A stretch of DNA of 64,000 nt from Octopus sinensis. Taxonomy: Eukaryota. The notes beneath the pieces are model-generated. The model ran no database searches and had not been told where the DNA came from. It worked only from the letters and a program-made list of their open reading frames with translations. Positions 38,840-53,249 of this stretch are shown piece after piece. Positions within the stretch are counted from its first letter, which is position 1; each line of letters starts with the position of its first letter. The stretch covers positions 17,484,001-17,548,000 of the forward strand of contig NC_042999.1 of assembly GCF_006345805.1 (NCBI RefSeq), in the 5' to 3' direction. Position numbers and translations under genes: made by a program.

Positions 38840-39920
38840 ATATGTATACAAGAATACTAGAAACAGGATTGAATGGTGTTCTTTACTTAAAACTTATTAG
38901 AATTGTTTTGACATATTTTTACGCTCGTCGTACATGGGTGAGATGATATCATTAACATATTGTGCAATCATTATCATCCCTCAAAAGCGTTTTGTGCTTC
39001 CTGAAGCGTTTGTTTAAAGTAGTCCTTCGTTAGACCATGCTGCCATTTCACAGAATGTGAGAATGAATACTCAAAGTTGTGTTACTGAAAATACCACACT
39101 GCCTTGTGTGTGTGGAGGCGCCAGGCATATACTTAACATAGTTGCACTAAGTGACGTTCATCAACGTTTATCATTAGCGTCCACCTGCCACTCTCTGTCA
39201 ATTCCAATGTTTTCGTATCGCGTTAAAGTCTCTCTTTTCTCCTCCCCTTCAGATATTTCATACTAACACCAACTCTCCCACTGTTTCTTCTACTGAAATA
39301 TATGTGTGATTAGATAATGTAGCAACTGGGGAGAATCATAATTGTCATTTATTATGTATATATCGTACGGGCATTCCCTCGTGTAAATGATTTTTAAATA
39401 AACAAAGAATGTAGAATTACATAGAGATGTATGCATGTGCCTATACATCTGCAAGAATATGTGTGCGTATATGATGCATGCACGCATACTCGCAGGGACA
39501 CACACACATACGCCTACATATACAGTGGCGTGTTTATATATTTCTGAGCATGGGTTAGAGAGATATTAAATGTAGTTGACAGTTGTAATAACGTACGTTG
39601 ACTGACTAAATTTCATAGACATTTAATCATACGTACAAACATCCCATGCACATACACACTTAATCACTCACTCGTACTCTCTCCGTATCTTTCTTCTTTT
39701 CTCCCTGTCTCTCCCTCTCTCTCTCCTTGTTTTCTTTTCTCCCTCTCTCTCTCTGCCTCACTTTCTCTCTCTCTTTCTGTTTTGAATCGAATTCCGCTCG
39801 AAGTCAATAAAATATTTACAAGTATTAAATCAGGTTTATAGTTTGGAGCAAATCCAACACTACAGCAATTGGTATTTTGCCAAAAAATGAATTTTTATCA
39901 ATTTACGTAACTATGTATCT

Positions 39921-39952
<32 letters not shown>

Positions 39953-40486
39953 TCATCTCTATGTCTCTTCACCTCTCTCTCCATCTCTCTCTCTCTCTCC
40001 ATCTCTGTCTCTGTGTCTGTCTCTCTCTTCCACTCTATATATTCTGGCTTAAACAATTTTATGTGTTTTATATATCTTTTTTTATCTATTTATAATTTAT
40101 TCATTGTCATTACGTCTAATTTTCATTAAATCTTCATGGAATGAAGACGGATTATGCTATTTCCTCACACACCACTGGACATAAACCCTTCAATAAACTC
40201 CAGTTATATTATACAGAAAATTCTCGAGGAAGCAAAATACACTTTCTCTAATAGATATAAGTATGTACGTCGTTATTAACTAACAAAAATCGAGGCGCTG
40301 ACAGAATCGTTACTGCGCGGACGAAACGTAAAGCAGCAATTCACTACGTTCTGAGTTCAAAACCCACCGAAGTCGACTTTCCTTCATCACACGTTGTGGA
40401 AATGTGCTACGTCCATAATCCACAGATTTGTAGTTAGAAATTATATTCCGTGAAGAAACATATACCGGTATTATATTTGTGCATCA

Positions 40487-40647
40487 CAGGAGTGGCTGTG
40501 TGGTAAGTAGCTTGCTAACCAACCACATGGTTTCGGGCTCAGTCCCACTGCGTGGCATCTTGGGCAAGTGTCTTCTGCTATAGCCCCGCGCCGACCAATG
40601 CCTTGTGAGTGGGTTTGGTAGACGGAAACTGAAAGAAGCCTGTCGTA

Positions 40648-40726
<79 letters not shown>

Positions 40727-40945
40727 ATGTGTGTGTGTTTCTGTGTCTGTGTTTGTCCCCCTAGCATTGCTTGACAACCGATGCTGGAGTGTTTACGTCC
40801 CCGTCACTTAGCGGTTCGGCAAAAAGTGACCGATATAATAAGTACTGGGCTTACAAAGAATAAGTCCTTGGGTCGACTTGCTAGACTAAAGGCGGTGCTC
40901 CAGCATGGCCGCAGTCAAATGACTGAAGCAAATAAAAGAAAAGAT
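40487..40945 (+). mobile_element. S2 SINE, full length with expanded internal (TA)n(TG)n
   Basis: Colinear with the other S2 copies. Confidence 0.9.
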
Positions 40946-41063
40946 AATCATAAATACCGGCAATAAAATATTAATTGAGTGTGAAGTTGTAACCAACTCA
41001 TCTTGATATACCAAAAAATTATGTTGCATTTTTGGCAGACACAAGAACAACTAATATATTACA

Positions 41064-41300
41064 CAGTAATCCCTCAACTATCGCGGATGTTACGGTCCTA
41101 AATCCCTCGCGAAAGGTGAAAATCCGGGAAGTAGAAACAGAACTATACTGTATATTTTCAAAACTTATTTCTATAATTTGTATATATTTATTTTATTATA
41201 AATGCAAACCCGCACCACGGAGGAATCGACGTAAGCTTAAATAATAAACCGCGATAAGTGAACCGCGGTAGGTAATCCGTGATATGGCGAGGCATTATAT
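41064..41300 (+). mobile_element. pogo/Tigger-like MITE (~237 bp)
   Basis: Imperfect TIRs CAGTAATCCCTCAACTATCGCGG and CCGTGATATGGCGAGGCATTAT; a second partial copy at 38268. Confidence 0.65.
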
Positions 41301-41479
41301 ATAGTATATATATAAGGTGAGATGTTTTAAGCAAGTTTGCCTAAACTATGTGTAATCGCTTTGTTATTCTCCTGCTGTGTTTACCATACTTGGTCTGTGT
41401 CAAATAGTTCATGTTATCCACTTGCATTTCTTTCTTAGGTGAAATTGTCAAATATCTCCTGAAACAATCTAACTACCGG

Positions 41480-41700
41480 AATCGTTAGAACGCAGTACAA
41501 CATTTTTTGCGTCGTTTCGACTGTGTTTACGTTCTGAATTCCAGGTTCCGCCGAGGTAGAGTTTGTCTTTCATTCATTTCAGGGTTTATAAAACAGGTAC
41601 CAGGTGATAACTGCGGACGATGTCGTCGACTATCCCACTCCGCGAATTTGTTGCTCTTGAGTCAAAAGTTGAAAACAATATTCTATGTCTCTAAACCAAT
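41480..41700 (+). mobile_element. S4 SINE, diverged
   Basis: GAATCGTTAG, TACGTTCTGAATTCC and tail CTTGAGTCAAAAGTTGAAAAC. Confidence 0.55.
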
Positions 41701-41744
41701 ATCCTAAAATGTCTTCAAATCAGATTCATAGTATTCGGTGATTC

Positions 41745-41990
41745 AAGATGGCGGAAGGTTGTGAACTCTCAGGAACGTTTGCACGCCGGGCGAAATGTTT
41801 AGCGGCATTTCGTCTGTCTTTACCTTCTGAGTTTAAATTCCGCCGAGGTCAACTTTGCCTTTCATCCTTTCGGCGTCGATAAAGTAAGTACCAGTGACGC
41901 ACTAGGGTCGATATAATCGACTTAATCCGTTTGTCTGTCCTTGTTTGTCTCCTCTACGTTTAGCCTCTTGTGGGCAATAAAGAAATAAGA
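41745..41990 (+). mobile_element. S3 SINE
   Basis: Colinear with other S3 copies; ends GTGGGCAATAAAGAAATAAG. Confidence 0.88.
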
Positions 41991-43228
41991 TTGTGGTATT
42001 AGCCTTTTTGTGTCATATGAATTCGGTCAATTTAAGCCCAAGTATTTCTCGTTCGGTGTGGAGACAGTTGGGAAAGACCGTACATATTCCAGCCTAAATT
42101 ATGAAGTTGATAAAGGAAGTATTTATGGCGGCGTACATGCAACCGTCTTTATTAGTTATTCATTCACCGTTTATCAACGATTACATGGCACGCTTAATTG
42201 TGGAACCTGCTACGCTTATCATGGACTAATCTGTGATATCTTTAATATTTTTCTACGAATATTGAAAAATAAGTACCGAATCTGTGGATTGTTTGGACGC
42301 TAATCCTTCTTCACAATTATAAAAGAGTGATTTAAGTCAAAATAGAAGGATTAGCAGTGTTTCTCTTGCCTCTCATAATATAGTAATATTTCTACTGGCA
42401 TCACTAAACAAAATGAAAAAGGCGTTGCCCCGGAGGGTTAGGAAGATGCTCTAGAACAGACAATCTGACTCAAGGAGCTTGCACTTCCAGACACCAATCT
42501 CCGCCCCGATGGCGTTGAGCAGGGATATGATCCTGGGGCCAAGAACGCCGGAGCTCTCAGGCTCCGGATGTCGATCTGTCAAAGATATTGCTTGTACCGC
42601 AACAAGAACCGAAGTGACCATCACAGTCCTCAAGTACCTAGGACACACTGACTAGCGCTTGTGTTGACTTGAAAATGCTGTGAGGCTGCGTATTTCTTCT
42701 ACAGGTCTTCATGAAGAGAGAAAAAGTTGAAGACGCACGATGCAAACATGGGGCGTGGAGGGTTGTATTCTCTACCTGACCAAGAAAAACGAGAGGGTGA
42801 TCAAGAAAATTGATCACTGATTTTATCATTCTCTTTTTAAACAAATCCTCGTGAAAAACAAAATTGAATTTAGGGAAAAATAATTTGATAACTTACAAAA
42901 CAATTACTGTTTATTTTAATTCTTTCGAAGAATATGGTGTTACTTAGGGACTTAGAATTGCATTTTATGAAGAAATGTATACAGGTATAAAGTGAAATTC
43001 ACATGAAAAACAACATTACACATATGTCCTTGATTAAAACATTTAAACATTATTTTAGAAAACGAAACTTAAGGCAGCAAATATAAAATATATAGATTAA
43101 TTATGCCTTGAATTAAACAAGAAATATAATTATAATGCTTTATATTCATATTGATCTTTCACGGAAAGTAAATAACACGTGATGGTTTTTTTGCAACCAT
43201 AATGAATTATACGCACACACAAACACAG

Positions 43229-43292
<64 letters not shown>

Positions 43293-43299
43293 GTATCTG

Positions 43300-43364
<65 letters not shown>

Positions 43365-43721
43365 ATGTATATATGTATTATGTATATGTATATATGTGTA
43401 TATGTAATATATGTATATATATATATATGTGTGTGTGAGTGTGTTGCATGTATGTGTGCGTATATACACTATATACACACGCGAACACAAAACACACATA
43501 TATACTTATATATCTTGTATACATATTTGTATGAATACATGCATATATGATATATATAAATATGTATTTATATAAATATTAGCATACGTATACACACACA
43601 CACAAGAATATATATATATATATATATATATTTTAGTATATATGTATATAGTATATATATATATATAATATATATATATATAGATATATATATATATAGT
43701 AATGTATATTTATATATATAC

Positions 43722-43762
<41 letters not shown>

Positions 43763-44899
43763 ATATATAATATTTACATGTATAAACATGTATTTATATT
43801 CTTTCGCGCATATACACACATATACAAATGCATTTATATAATTATAGACACAAATATAAGCAAGTGTGTACACACATGTGTGCATGTGAATGCTTTTATT
43901 TCATTTGATTTCATAGTGAATGAAAAACGACTGCCTTTAATGCTAGCTCATCATAGTGGCCCTGTGGTTATTATCGATTACTTTCGTTTATTTACTAATT
44001 TATTTTCCTTTCCCGTGCAGACTATAATTAAAATTCTAAAAGGAAATTGCATTGAAGTGCAGGTTATCAGGTTATGTCAATTTTGTCCAAAAACGAAAGC
44101 TTGTAATTGATACATTGCTCAAACCACAACATTATAGTTATACGTGATGAGATGTCGATAGCTATAAGGAAACGTGTATTTGCTATAAAGTAACACAGTT
44201 TCACAAATATATTTAACTCTTTTATTTTATTTGTAATTTATAAGAATGTATTTTATATCTATAATTCATTACTGACTGCACTGTCCGTAATACTTCCGCT
44301 GTTGCAGACTTATTAATCTGCCATGCAAGAAGGCATTACTGTAGCAATTTTCTACACGTGGTCAATTAGAGAAGAACAAACGCGAAATGTTAAGACAATC
44401 AATGATGTCAATGGCGTAAACGTTTCATTTAACTGGTGATCCTATTTTCACTAACATAATTCTTAGTTCGAAATTGCTGAGTATTTAATGGAGCTAAACA
44501 AATTTCAAAACCGAAGCACTAATGACATCATTGTGTCAGAGTACTTACACTAAAGGTCTAATGCGTGGCAAAGTGAAACAAATTTTCGCCTGTATTTTCC
44601 TTTCAACTGTGACTATGAACGCTCGGTTTACGCTTCCTAATCTCATCACCTACAGAAAAATCAGTGATTAAGAATTTGTTTTCACGCTAAACGTTCAGAG
44701 CCTCTGTTGCTGATGAAGTGAACGTTGAATTAATTTATTGATTTCACTTTTATCTTTGGTGCGGATTATAATCTACTTCTAGGATGTTTAGGCAAAAAGT
44801 TTTCACGACTTTACTTCAAAATGCCGAAGATCTTCAAATATTCCGTAGTATGTGTTCATTTGTGTTTATCAGGCTATCGCTGTTGTTTCAATGTGTAAT

Positions 44900-45325
44900 A
44901 TACTCTTTACTTGTTTCAGTCATTTGACTGTGGCCATGCTGGAGCACCGCTTTCAGTTGAGCAAATCAACCCCAGGACTTGTTCTTTCTGCTCACTTTTC
45001 TGCCAGTACACCACTGTTCTACTCTTTTAATTTTTTCAGTCATTTGACTGCGGCCATGCTGGAGCACCGCCTTTAGTTGACAAAATCGACACCAGGACTT
45101 ATTTCTTGTAAGCCTAGTACTTATTCTAATCCTGTCTTTTGCCGAACCGCATCGGTTCTCAAGCGACGTTGGGGTCACAATCACAGACACACATAAATAT
45201 ATACATATATACATACATACTTATATATATATAATCTACCAAATCCATTGACAAGGCTTTAGTCGGCCCGAGGCTATAGTAAGAGACACCTACCCAAGGT
45301 GGCACGCAGTGGGACTGAACCGGGA
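44900..45325 (-). mobile_element. S2 SINE with an extra tail fragment (44900-44985)
   Basis: TTTCAGTCATTTGACTG.GGCCATGCTGGAGCACCGC occurs twice in tandem; head remnant at about 45325. Confidence 0.8.
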
Positions 45326-46599
45326 ACAATTTTTCAACAAATGTTAGATAATAACAATTTTTTAACATATTTTTGATAATAACGATATTTAAGAAAAACA
45401 TTGTAAATGGCCGTCTGAGCGCCTGCCAAGCAAATGGGAAGCAGTAATTGAAGTAAATGATGGATATGCTGCAGAATCATCATTTAAAGATGTGTTTGTT
45501 ACGTTGTTATTGTTGAATAAAATTTGTTGAGAAAAAGCCGCAAAAATTATGCACCAACCCAATAGTTAATCCTGAAAGAATAGTTGCTTGTCAAAATTGC
45601 TTCCAATATTATACTTGGATTGTTCATTGAACTAGAGTCATGCTGGCCTAAAGGCTGCGGCAGTTTAGTTGACCAACTCGCATGAAGTAAGTACTTAATT
45701 TCGAGTCCGAAGCTTTAATAGGAGACAAGTATTTGGAGCGCGTCTCCGGTGTCCATTTTGTTTGTGTTTTCTTATATGTTAGCGTACGCAGCAGTAGAAG
45801 CTTCAGAGACGTCAGAATAATAATGCTTCATTTTGGGCCTGACTTGAGCTTTGTAGCGTATCAAAATTGTTGGAGTGATGTATCATCTCGTACCGAAGAA
45901 AGATCTAGTAATTGAGATGGCATAATAGTTATGTGAAAGGCGTGTTTTCAGCCGAGAAAATATTCACAATACTCCGTGATTTCCAGGTATGGAACTGAAC
46001 AATTTTAATGATTAAGACGCTACGTTATTATATTTCCATATGTTTCAGTGATATTTTCATGAAAGATTTCTATGATGCATTCACAGAAGCACTAAAACAC
46101 ACACAAACATACACACACGTAGAAAACTAAGTACGTGTGTATTTGTGTAGCCTTATGCCCGGTGGTTGGTGTGTTGGCTTTCCGGTTGCAAGACCCTAAA
46201 TTTGGCTGTGCGTTGTTCCCTGAAGGATGGTGCTTCAGTTCACGCTGCTCCCGTATACCCAGTTCACAATGTAGTAACTGTCTCTCTCTTTGTCTCTCTC
46301 TCTCTCTCTCTATCTGTCTATCTGCCTATCTATCTCTCCCTTTTGTCTCGGTTTCTCAAACTCTGTCTTTCTCACTACTTCTTCGTCAGACATTCTTACA
46401 TCTCCCGCTTTAACATCGCCAATCACCGATAGCACAAAACAGGGAAGTTTGATAGTGTCTGTATGACTAGACAATTAGAGAGGCACGCAAAACCAATAAT
46501 TAAATCACTGTGCGTTTTACAAACTCATGCAAATTTGCGAGTACTATTAATTGCTTGACCCTTCGTATGTACGTATACATTGATAATCACACCACCAGA

Positions 46600-46885
<286 letters not shown>

Positions 46886-47039
46886 CAAGCCACTTCTTAA
46901 CGGGTCTACGACAAACAATTAATATACCTCAACTTTAGAATAAAAGAAAAAAATATATATACACACACAAATACTACACTCCATAGAATCCATTACTAAT
47001 CAGCCCCTTCATAGCTATATTTACACCCATTCATATTCT

Positions 47040-47290
47040 CCCTTCTCTGTTTTTTTCGTCTTCTTCTTCTTCCTCTTCTTCTTCATCATCATCGTTATCA
47101 TCATCATCGTCATCATCATCATCGCCACCATCATCACCACCATCTTCTCCTTCTTCCTCCTTCTTCTTCTTCTTCTTCATCATCATCGTTATCATCATCA
47201 TCGTCGTCATAATCATCACCACCATCACCATCATCGTCATCTTCTCCCCTTCTTCTCTCCTTCTTCTTCTTCTTCTTCTCCTTCTCCACC
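47040..47290. repeat. Compound (TTC)n/(ATC)n repeat, present as two ~100-bp tandem super-units
   Basis: TTC-run, ATC-run, CACCATC pattern at about 47060-47160 and again at about 47161-47290. Confidence 0.85.
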
Positions 47291-47721
47291 CCCTACCCCT
47301 TAAGTTTGTCACTATGTTTTTTAGTATAACACCTACGCTAATTCTATAAACAAGCCTGTCAATATAAATATTCTCCTGAATTGTACTGAGACTGCCAGCC
47401 GCCACTGACCATTCAAAATACGACCATCAGGGCACTCCCAGATTCTCCCCCCCCCCTTTCCTCACCAGCCTTCCCTCTACTACCCTACCAAGAACTCACA
47501 ACTACCTCGAACACACAAGTGCAAACAAGGAGTCAGAGAAAGGCAGAATGCCACTTAAATCTGAACACTACTATAGAAATATTCTTTTAAAAAAACTTTT
47601 CTTCTAATTTTTCTAAATTTAATTATTTAATCGTTAGGGTTGAAAAGTCTCAAAATGACCGAAACCGGTACTGAAATGTTCACTATAAAATATTTTAGCA
47701 TTTTCTATTTTTTACTTGTTT

Positions 47722-47797
<76 letters not shown>

Positions 47798-47820
47798 TAT
47801 ATATATATATATATATAATA

Positions 47821-48096
47821 TATGTAGGTCCCGGTTGAGTCGGGGTTAACCACAGTAAATAAGGTACTCAATACATAGCAGAGTAAATTAATTTATGTTA
47901 TAGAAGGAGCTTCTACAGGACTAGACTGTTTCATTCAAAAGAAATCATCAGGAAGCTTGGTGTCAAGACTAGTTTTGTCATTTGTACATTTAGGCAGATT
48001 TCTGCCTAAATGTATAAATGCCAAAACTATTCTTGACACCAAGCTTCCTGATGATTTCATTTGAATGAAACAGTTCTAGTCCTGTAGAAGCTCCTT

Positions 48097-48102
<6 letters not shown>
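47821..48102. mobile_element. Family D fold-back element (101/102-bp arms, 2-nt loop) carrying an HHR in each arm
   Basis: 47898-47998 is the reverse complement of 48001-48102 (4 mismatches, 1 indel); (TA)n on both flanks. Confidence 0.85.
48042..48092 (+). ncRNA. Hammerhead ribozyme motif (family D); mirror copy at 47908-47957 on the minus strand
   Basis: AGCTTC-CTGATGA-TTTC-attt-GAAT-GAA-ACAG-ttctagtc-CTGT-A-GAAGCT: 6-bp stem I, 4-bp stem III, GUA triplet; U.U mismatch at the base of stem II. Confidence 0.7.
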
Positions 48103-48151
<49 letters not shown>

Positions 48152-48407
48152 GTCGGTCTTTCTGTCTGTCTATATAATTTTATATATATGTATATATTAT
48201 ATATATATATATAGATATATTAAAGAATTAACAATAATAATAACAATAGTAGCAGTAATAATAATTTAATAATAATAATAGTAATAATAATAATAATAAG
48301 TAACAAACGAATGAGGACTTGATATTAGATAAATTTCATATATATATATGTGTGTGTGTGTAGTATGTATGAATTTATGTATGTATGTATGTATGTGTGG
48401 TATGTAA

Positions 48408-48447
<40 letters not shown>

Positions 48448-49192
48448 ATATATGTATATGTATATACGCGCGCCACACACACATATACATACACCCCACA
48501 AGCACAAATGAACTACTAAAAAATGTCATGATAAGCACTTCATCGAAGCACGTTTAGTATATTTTACATTAGCTGGAAATTTATCAATCCATCAGAGCAT
48601 TTAATTTCACGTTGTCGATATTCACGTGATTAGTACAATTTTCAACGCATAATTTTCTTGTTTTCTGTTTTAGCTACAAATGTGGATAAGTAAAGCAAGT
48701 TTGTATATTTAATAGCGGTAACTGTGACACTTAATGAGTTGAGAGGTTCCATGATAGCCGTCGTGCGCTGAAACAAAAGTGTAGGAGTTTCTACAAAGTA
48801 TAATGACATGACTATAACTGGCAATAGATATTTTTTTCTTCATGCAATTGTTATATATAAATTAATAGCTAACGACTAAATAGAATGCTCCTGAATTAGA
48901 ATGTCTAACAAATCTATACAAATTTCCACTACGGCTTTATTGTATTGACACAAATTCGTAAAACCAATTACACGTTAGTATCTATCTATCATATATATAT
49001 ATATCATAGAACCTCCCCAAACTAGACTCAATATCTAAGCGTTATGTATGTGTTAATATGTATATGAATATATGTTCGTGTGTGTGTGTGCCGGGGGGGG
49101 GGTGTATGCGTACATGTGCAATGTGTTTGTGTGCGTATTCAACGTATATTTGTGAGTTTCATGCGTGTATGACTTTTGCTTGTCTATTCTCC

Positions 49193-49226
<34 letters not shown>

Positions 49227-49302
49227 GGTATGCGTATATAACGTGTAACAGAGAAATACGAGCCCATGATTATTATATCATTCAAATAACGTTTATGCAC
49301 AG

Positions 49303-49381
<79 letters not shown>

Positions 49382-50279
49382 CAGCTAGCATTCCTTCTAT
49401 ATATAGAGATAGATATATTATATATAAGGTGTGCTAGCTTTTGAATGTGGCAAGAGTATTAGTAAAAAATGATGCAATACCTAGAAATAGTTATGATCGC
49501 AGTCATTTAAGAATGTATATATAAATCAATAGCAATTGGGCTTGAGTTTAATAGGATTTAGGTTATATGGCAACGTCATCACGGCTATTATACGTGATGT
49601 GTGTGAGGTAATTACTAATGAGGTCGTCTTACGTTCCGCACGGACACACACGTTAATGTACTGTATATGTATACGCGTATTTATGTATTTTATGAATGTA
49701 AGTATGGTTATATATAAGTATGTGATGTATGTATGTGTGTATCATGTATGTCATTATTCAGTTTTATTTTAAGATTTGTTGCCAATAGCAAAAGGGCTTG
49801 TCTCTAACCTAGATTCAAGTCTCCTTCATTGGAATTTCAACATCAACAACACGGTATTTTATATATATATATATGTACACATGAAGATTTCTCTGTTTTG
49901 TTTTATGTATGTCTTCTCATATATATATACTTGCATATCTAGACATGCTCATATATATACCTAAAAATCTGAAAATCTTTTACAATTTTCGCTGTTCCAG
50001 TGATGTATTGGATCTGCAGTCTTCGAATAAGCCTTTTCGTTTCTGAGTTTGAGAAGACCAAATGCTCAACTGTTGCTGGGAAAAGCAATCTAATATCCTA
50101 AAATCGATACGTCAAGAATGGAGACGAACACCATTCCTCCGGGTGATTATTTTGAAAAAGTGTTACGATATTAAGATATATTTTTGAGCATCAGTCCAAA
50201 CCGATGTTAGCATCAATACAAAAATAAAATAATATTTTCCTCCGATAATGTGTTGAGCACTAAATATTTTCGATGGCCG

Positions 50280-50339
50280 GATAACTGAAGAGGTGGCAGC
50301 GTGGATTCCGCCCCGATATCCGAAACTCGGAGTTTTATC
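50280..50339 (+). ncRNA. Hammerhead ribozyme motif (family E)
   Basis: GATAA-CTGAAGA-GG..(26 nt)..CC-GAA-ACTC-g-GAGT-T-TTATC: 5-bp stem I, pseudo-palindromic stem III (dimer type), GUU triplet. Confidence 0.65.
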
Positions 50340-50441
50340 ATGGCTACCGAATAATTGTCACATATTATATTTACAGATAAATTTCTCTATCTACATAATA
50401 TCGAGGTCTCTTTCATTCTTTTGTTGTCTTACCATTTCAAT

Positions 50442-50485
<44 letters not shown>

Positions 50486-51272
50486 TATATATGTGTGTGT
50501 GGTGTGTGTTGTAGTATTCTGGGATGCTCGAAGTTTTTTACCAACTAAACACACGCACTATACATTGGTTCATCAATGGCTTACTACTGTTCTTATTCTT
50601 TTATTTAACTCGTGTCCTTTGTCCCGACATTTTTCGTCACACATCAGCTACATTTTCCGCGACACTTTTCGTTCTCGTGTGTGCTCTTGCCCCACTTACT
50701 CCATTCTGCTTATATGATGTGTCTCCTTATATGCCCATGCGTTTGCATCCCTGTGTGTGTGTGTGTGGTGTGTGTATACGTTGTGCTTATCAGCAGTATG
50801 GCCTTCCCCTCAGCCCCATCCTCTCAACCCATTGTGCTATTGCTGTCCTAAGACCCAAAAATTTGGTATATTCCTGTATCTCTCTGTGTTTGTGTGTTCG
50901 TCAACGGTATTACCATCGTAGTCACGGTCGCTGCTGCTGTCGTTATTAGGTTGTTGATATTGTTGTGTCTGTCCATAAAATTCTTGAGTGTGTGTTTGTA
51001 TGCGTGTATACGTTCGCTTTGAATGTTGTTTGTATCCATGGCCTTATATAGATTTATTCATTTATTTATTTATTTATTTCATCTATATTTCTATCTTTAT
51101 TTCTTATATTTCTGACATGTATCTCTTTATTTAATTTATTTATTTATAAATTCTTTCTTTATACATTTATCTATCTCTGTTTCTTATATGTATCACAGTC
51201 AAGTGCATGTATGTCTATTGTGTGTGTATACCATGTATCTGCGTATAAATTGCATTGTTTCTCTCATCTTCT

Positions 51273-51653
51273 TCATTCTGTTTTCAATAATATGGTGTTG
51301 TGGTTGGTGTTACTATTCCATTCGTGTTTTTCTTTGAGACCCAGTCTATCTACTGGTATGCATGTCGCGTCAGTTCTATGCGTCGGTAATATTTTCACGC
51401 CTATGCTATTAAACAAGCCTTCGCGTACTGCCAGGGCGTGTTGGTAGAGCATAGCGGAGCTTTTCTCTTTGATCTCTCGCCAATTTTCCCCTATACGTTC
51501 TCCTATGCTGCATGCAGTCTCTCCAATGAAGGTAGCTTTCATGTTTCTGCACCGTCCCTCAGTACATCGTAAGCTATAGACTTCATTTCTAACCTTACAG
51601 TTAACCTGTGGAGTTATCCTACACTCAACACAATTGTTCCCCTTACAGGGGTC
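51273..51653 (-). pseudogene. Penelope-type Cys linker plus GIY-YIG endonuclease remnant
   Basis: The frame is open upstream of the listed ATG: DPCKGNNCVECRITPQVNCKVRNEVYSLRCTEGRCRNMKATFIGETACSIGERIGEN..., matching C..C..C..N.VY...C..C..YIGET..ER..EH of PLE ENs; cut off by (TA)n at about 51715. Confidence 0.85.
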
Positions 51654-51726
51654 TTATCAAAGGCATAGGTACTGCAGACCAGAGATCTATGTTCTGAATT
51701 TATATGTATTTAGAATATATATACAT

Positions 51727-51792
<66 letters not shown>

Positions 51793-52583
51793 CTTGTTGA
51801 AGGTGACACGGAGAGGGACTAAACCCGGCACCATGTGAATACGAAGCAAACTTACCCGTACTCAGCCAGTGAATATATGATCGATACAAGATAAGTAATA
51901 AAAAACTTTAAATATATTTCATAAGATATATTTCAATATTTCTGACGGTGTGTGTATTTTATTAGTCTAGTCTTCATTAGTATATACTTTTAACATTTAT
52001 CTTAATATTCGTATATCTGTTCAGTAAAGACAAAGCTTAAGTTATTAAATATTTCTGAAACTTTAATAAACTAAAGTTGTATGTTTTATTAGTGAACGCT
52101 GTTTGTTGTACAATATAATAAACCTACAGGAACATTGTACTAAAAAATGTTGACATTTTCTTGTTGCAAACTTTACCAACATATAATGCTGCTCAAATGA
52201 ATATATGTTAAATAAATATTACCCAAATGACTGAAACTTTCCCGTATTCGCTTGTGAAATAAAACTTGTCTTCAATGAAGCACGATAACGTATATCATTA
52301 TTGTTTTGTGCCAGGCGGTTATTAAATGATATCCAAATTTCTTTGTCATATTTGTAGAACGGGAACATTGAAAGCCAGACCAAAAATGTCAAGGTAATTT
52401 CGGTTTTGTGTATTCTCTAGGGTAAAATGCACAATCTTGATAATTTTATATGATATGCAATGCTTTGAATGTAATTGTATTAGGATTATTAACTTTATAT
52501 ACAAATGAGGAAATAGAATATATCTACTTTATATCAAGACACGCTCCCAAAACACGGTCGTCTGTATGTGCATATCTATTTAA

Positions 52584-52584
<1 letters not shown>

Positions 52585-52674
<90 letters not shown>

Positions 52675-52675
52675 C
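52585..52675. repeat. (ATCT)n microsatellite
   Basis: Seen directly. Confidence 0.95.
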
Positions 52676-53119
52676 ATATATATATATATTTGTAAATATA
52701 CACCAACGTACAGTCATATAGATAGAAATATTGACACAGGGGAAGACAGAGAGAAAAAGGGAGATAAAAAGACAATGAGACACACAGCCACCCAGACATA
52801 CACACATGCAGTGACAGAAGGAGAGAACGAGAGAAAGTCAGAGACAAATACTGAGTAAGAGAGATAGCGAAACACACAACCATGCAGGCAGACACATATA
52901 TTGATTGTGTTTTAAATAGTAAATTTGTATATACGTAAAAGTATAATGCTCCCGTATTTCCTATTCAGTTACATTGATTATGAATTACAGCGAATAAAAC
53001 ACATAATATATTCATATGACGTTTTTATCAGGAAAGATTTCAACGCACAACGTAAAGAGAGGGAAGAATTAACTAAAGAATTTTTTTCCGATTTTATGAC
53101 GATTGTAAGAGAAAACATG

Positions 53120-53190
53120 ACTAATACTAATAATAATAATAATAACAATAACAATAATAATAATAATAAATAATAATAATAATAATAATA

Positions 53191-53245
<55 letters not shown>
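53120..53245. repeat. (AAT)n target array upstream of the Dong copy
   Basis: Seen directly. Confidence 0.95.

Positions 53246-53249
<4 letters not shown>

Noticed and set aside
47641-47675. TGAAAA-GTC-tcaaaat-GAC-CGAAACCGGTA as a functional HHR
   Set aside because: C3 and G8 are missing and stem I is lost; kept only as a decayed relic within the HHR finding.
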